NCBI GenBank assembly: GCA_963700285.1
Contig: CAVOXA010000010.1
Coordinates: forward strand, 1,344,001-1,408,000
Source: an uncultured Chloroflexia bacterium
GTDB lineage: Bacteria > Chloroflexota > Anaerolineae > JAAYZQ01
DNA: 64,000 nucleotides
Direction of reading: 5' to 3'
Below are positions 61,349 to 64,000 of the stretch, piece by piece. The notes under the pieces are model-generated. The model worked only from the letters and a program-made list of their open reading frames with translations. It made no database searches and was not told where the DNA came from. The translations under genes and the position numbers were made by a program. Numbering within the stretch: the first letter of the stretch is position 1; each line of letters opens with the position of its first letter.

Positions 61349-63505
61349 TCATGTGTCCTCCGTCCTCTGTCCACCGTCCTTCTGCCAGGTGACGGCTACC
61401 TTTGTACCGCGACCTACCTGGCTCTCCATCACCAACCGCAGCCCGAGCTCCTCCGCCCGTTCGCGCATGATACGCAAGCCCATCCGCTCCGCCGGAACAG
61501 AGTTGGGGTCGAAGCCCTGGCCGTCATCTTGGATGGTCAGTTCTACCCCCTCGGGCAGGTCATGCACAGCCGTGGTGACGTGTGTGGCCCGGGCGTGCCT
61601 GGCAATATTGTTGAAAGCCTCCTGGGCGATGCGATACAAGCCAATCTTGATCTCAGGGGGCGGTTCGACCTCGCCATCAATCTTCAGGTCAACGCCGAGC
61701 CGTCCGCGACCGCGCAACGAGGCTGCCAACTGTCCCAGCAAAACACCAAGATCGGCCGTGTCCAAGGCTTCAGGGCGCAACTCGAAAAGCAGTGTGCGCA
61801 TCTCGGCCAGAGCGCCCAACACCACCTGTCGCATGTGAAGGGCAGTGCGCTTGGCATCTTCCAGATCGCGCTCCAGGACGCGGGGCAGCGCGTCGGACAG
61901 GATGCTCACAGAGTACAGGGTCTGGGTGATCGAATCATGGAGCTCGCGCGCAAGGCGGTGGCGCTCCTCGGCCACGGCTGACGCTTGTGCCTGCCGGGAC
62001 AAGCGGGCGCCATCAATGGCGGCAGCCAGGTCGAGGGCGACGGTCTCGGCCAGGCGCCTCTCGTCCGCCGTGAACAGGCGTCCCGGCTGGTCGCTGGCGA
62101 CCCACAGCAGGCCGACGGTCGTACCCCGGATCACGAGCGGGACGAACAGAACAGACTGGACCTGCCGGTGCACCAACAACTCGCGCTCCAGGTCCGACAG
62201 CGGCAGGGACCGAAGATCCGCGACGACCTGCGACCTGGCCTCGCGCAGTACCCGGCCGACAAGGGGCAGCTCGTCCAGAGAGAAGTGGAAGCGGGTGAGG
62301 CCGGCCTGTCCAGAACCGGGCTCACACCCGACATGGAAAAGTCCTGCCTCCTCGCCTTCCGACCAGATGATGTGCGCACAATGAGCGGCAAACAGGCCGG
62401 CTATGATCTCGCTGGCCTGCGCCAGGCTTGTTGGCAGTTCGGCTGCGGCGGCCATGGTATGGGCGATGCGGTTCAGCACGGTCAGCTCCTCAACGCGCCG
62501 CCGCAGCGTCTCCTCGGCCTCTACCCGTTCGGTGATGTCGGTGCACACGGCAAGGCTGCCCCGGTAGTTGCCCTGGGGATCCAGGATCGGGCTTGCGGAA
62601 ACGAGTATGGGGACCTTTCCGCTGTCTGGGCGCCGGAAGACCGTCTCGTACGTATCGGAAAGGCCTGCTCTGCGCCGGGCGAGCCAGCCCAGGTGGCGCT
62701 CCTGGCCCTCGGCGGAAAAGAGCTTGACCGAGGACTGGCCCAACAACTCGTCGCGCGCCCAGCCCGTCATGGCACACAAGGAGTCGTTCACGTAGGTCAG
62801 CAGCGTTTGCTCGTCCACCACGGCCAGGCCCTCGTGCATGTTCTCGACGAGGAGCCTGTACCGCTCCTCGCTCGCCCGCAACGCTTCCTCGGCTCGTCTT
62901 TCTGCGGTGATGTCCAGCATGTGGACCACCAGGCCCAGAACGTTGCCCTGTTCGTCCTGGTGCGGGACAGAAGTCGCCCGCACGTAAGCGAACTGCCCCG
63001 CTACGCTTACGGATTGAAGTTCATGGGCCACGGTCTGCCGGCTGGTCAAAGCCTGCCGAAAATAGGGTCCACTTTGCTCAGTTCCTCCAGGACGGGCGAC
63101 CGCCTCATAGCTCTTACCTACGATATTCTCCTTAGAGTACCCCAGCCATTCTGCCAGGGCGCGGTTGACGTGCAGGACATTCAAGGCCGGACCGAAATAG
63201 ACGACATAGGCCGGGATGCTGTCGAGGATGAGGTCCAGTTCTTCCCGCGTCCGGCGCAGTTCCTCGTTCTGCATCTCCAGCTCGACCCGATGCACGCGCA
63301 GCTCCTCATTCTGCATCTCCAGCTCGATCTGATGCACGCGCAACTCGTGGACCAGACGCCGAAGCTGCTCGGGCGAAAGCGCCGCCAGGTCCTGGTTCCC
63401 GCTTGCCCTGGCTTTTTCCTCCGCTCGCCGGCGCAGGGCTGTCGAGTCCACCACGCGGTCGGCGAAATCTTTTCGTCCATCATTCTGGGTCGTCATGCTG
63501 ACCAT
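61349..63505 (-). CDS. Soluble PAS-PAS-GAF sensor histidine kinase (HisKA_3)
   Basis: Two PAS domains ending in DIT; GAF; ERHRLARELHDS; QEAFNN; DDGQGF. Confidence 0.95.
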   Translation of the reverse strand: MVSMTTQNDGRKDFADRVVDSTALRRRAEEKARASGNQDLAALSPEQLRRLVHELRVHQIELEMQNEELRVHRVELEMQNEELRRTREELDLILDSIPAYVVYFGPALNVLHVNRALAEWLGYSKENIVGKSYEAVARPGGTEQSGPYFRQALTSRQTVAHELQSVSVAGQFAYVRATSVPHQDEQGNVLGLVVHMLDITAERRAEEALRASEERYRLLVENMHEGLAVVDEQTLLTYVNDSLCAMTGWARDELLGQSSVKLFSAEGQERHLGWLARRRAGLSDTYETVFRRPDSGKVPILVSASPILDPQGNYRGSLAVCTDITERVEAEETLRRRVEELTVLNRIAHTMAAAAELPTSLAQASEIIAGLFAAHCAHIIWSEGEEAGLFHVGCEPGSGQAGLTRFHFSLDELPLVGRVLREARSQVVADLRSLPLSDLERELLVHRQVQSVLFVPLVIRGTTVGLLWVASDQPGRLFTADERRLAETVALDLAAAIDGARLSRQAQASAVAEERHRLARELHDSITQTLYSVSILSDALPRVLERDLEDAKRTALHMRQVVLGALAEMRTLLFELRPEALDTADLGVLLGQLAASLRGRGRLGVDLKIDGEVEPPPEIKIGLYRIAQEAFNNIARHARATHVTTAVHDLPEGVELTIQDDGQGFDPNSVPAERMGLRIMRERAEELGLRLVMESQVGRGTKVAVTWQKDGGQRTEDT

Positions 63506-63577
63506 CCTGGAAGGTCAAGATCGCGTTTCTTCCTTGCCTTGCTCCAATGGCGGGGAGTGTGCGCCCGCCCGCTCATC

Positions 63578-63606
63578 ATTCTATCAGCTTTGAGAAGAGG
63601 TGTCAA
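63578..63606 (-). promoter_or_regulatory. Sigma70 promoter of the two-component operon
   Basis: TTGACA-17 bp-TAGAAT with extended TGn on the minus strand. Confidence 0.8.
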
Positions 63607-63630
63607 TCTACGGGGCCAGGGCCTTGGGGG

Positions 63631-64000
63631 TCACAGCCCAAAGATCTCCTTGACCCGCGCCAGGGCTTTTTCCTCCGTGTCCGAGGGGGCGAACTCCATG
63701 CCGATGAGGCCGTCGAACTCCAGCTCCGCCAGTTTGCGGGCGATGTTGGGAAAGTTGATCTCGCCGGTGCCCGGTTCCTGCCGCGTCGGCACGTCGCCGA
63801 TGTGGACGGTGGGGTACAGCCCCTGGTAGGCCTCCAGGCCGTAGATCAGGTTCCCGGCTGTGCGCTGCTGGTGGTAGCAGTCAAAGGCCAGCTTGAGCCG
63901 GGGGTGGTCCAACCGCCGCACAATGTCGGCGGCCTGGTCGTGGGTACTGATGAATACACCGCCGTGGATGTGGAAGGTGTTCAGCGCCTCGAACCAGAGG
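63631..64000 (-). CDS. hyi: Hydroxypyruvate isomerase family TIM barrel (5' truncated by window)
   Basis: EALN, FDCYHQQ, HIGDVPTRQEPGTGEINF. Confidence 0.8.
   Translation of the reverse strand, partial: LWFEALNTFHIHGGVFISTHDQAADIVRRLDHPRLKLAFDCYHQQRTAGNLIYGLEAYQGLYPTVHIGDVPTRQEPGTGEINFPNIARKLAELEFDGLIGMEFAPSDTEEKALARVKEIFGL

Noticed and set aside
8806-63829. Long antisense ORFs (e.g. 8806-10245, 17182-18552, 26774-28195, 61985-63829)
   Set aside because: Shadow ORFs of high-GC genes with no recognisable motifs

Overview
GC-rich bacterial DNA, probably Chloroflexota/Anaerolineae (inferred from gene style). Many single-base frameshifts occur in patches and look like long-read errors. Two convergent gene blocks meet near 23.4 kb. 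The plus block (0.5-23.4 kb) is an uncharacterised carbohydrate/nucleoside-type catabolic cluster. It has a CUT1 ABC importer whose binding lipoprotein carries two fused SBP domains, and pairs of FGGY kinases, class I aldolases, D-2-hydroxyacid dehydrogenases, phosphatases and SDRs. It also has a deaminase-type amidohydrolase, a UbiD decarboxylase and an aldehyde:ferredoxin oxidoreductase. The minus block (23.5-64 kb) contains a sulfatase/anion-transport cluster (two SulP, ClC, TMEM175, BASS, AI-2E, rhodanese) and a DszB-like binding protein. It continues with a cytoplasmic Mo-bisPGD + FeS + NuoF-like/GltD flavoprotein operon, a glycogen-to-gluconate module, small membrane proteins and a PAS/GAF-NarL two-component system. 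The non-coding DNA is the most unusual part: (i) a ~24-30 bp mini-element nested inside larger palindromic repeats and inserted in frame in a kinase gene; (ii) a 6x50 bp hairpin tandem array with a solo copy, both just upstream of ribosome-binding sites; (iii) a 273 bp duplicated promoter cassette; (iv) several decayed fragments of neighbouring genes at gene junctions. No rRNA, tRNA, CRISPR-cas, transposase or integrase was recognised.
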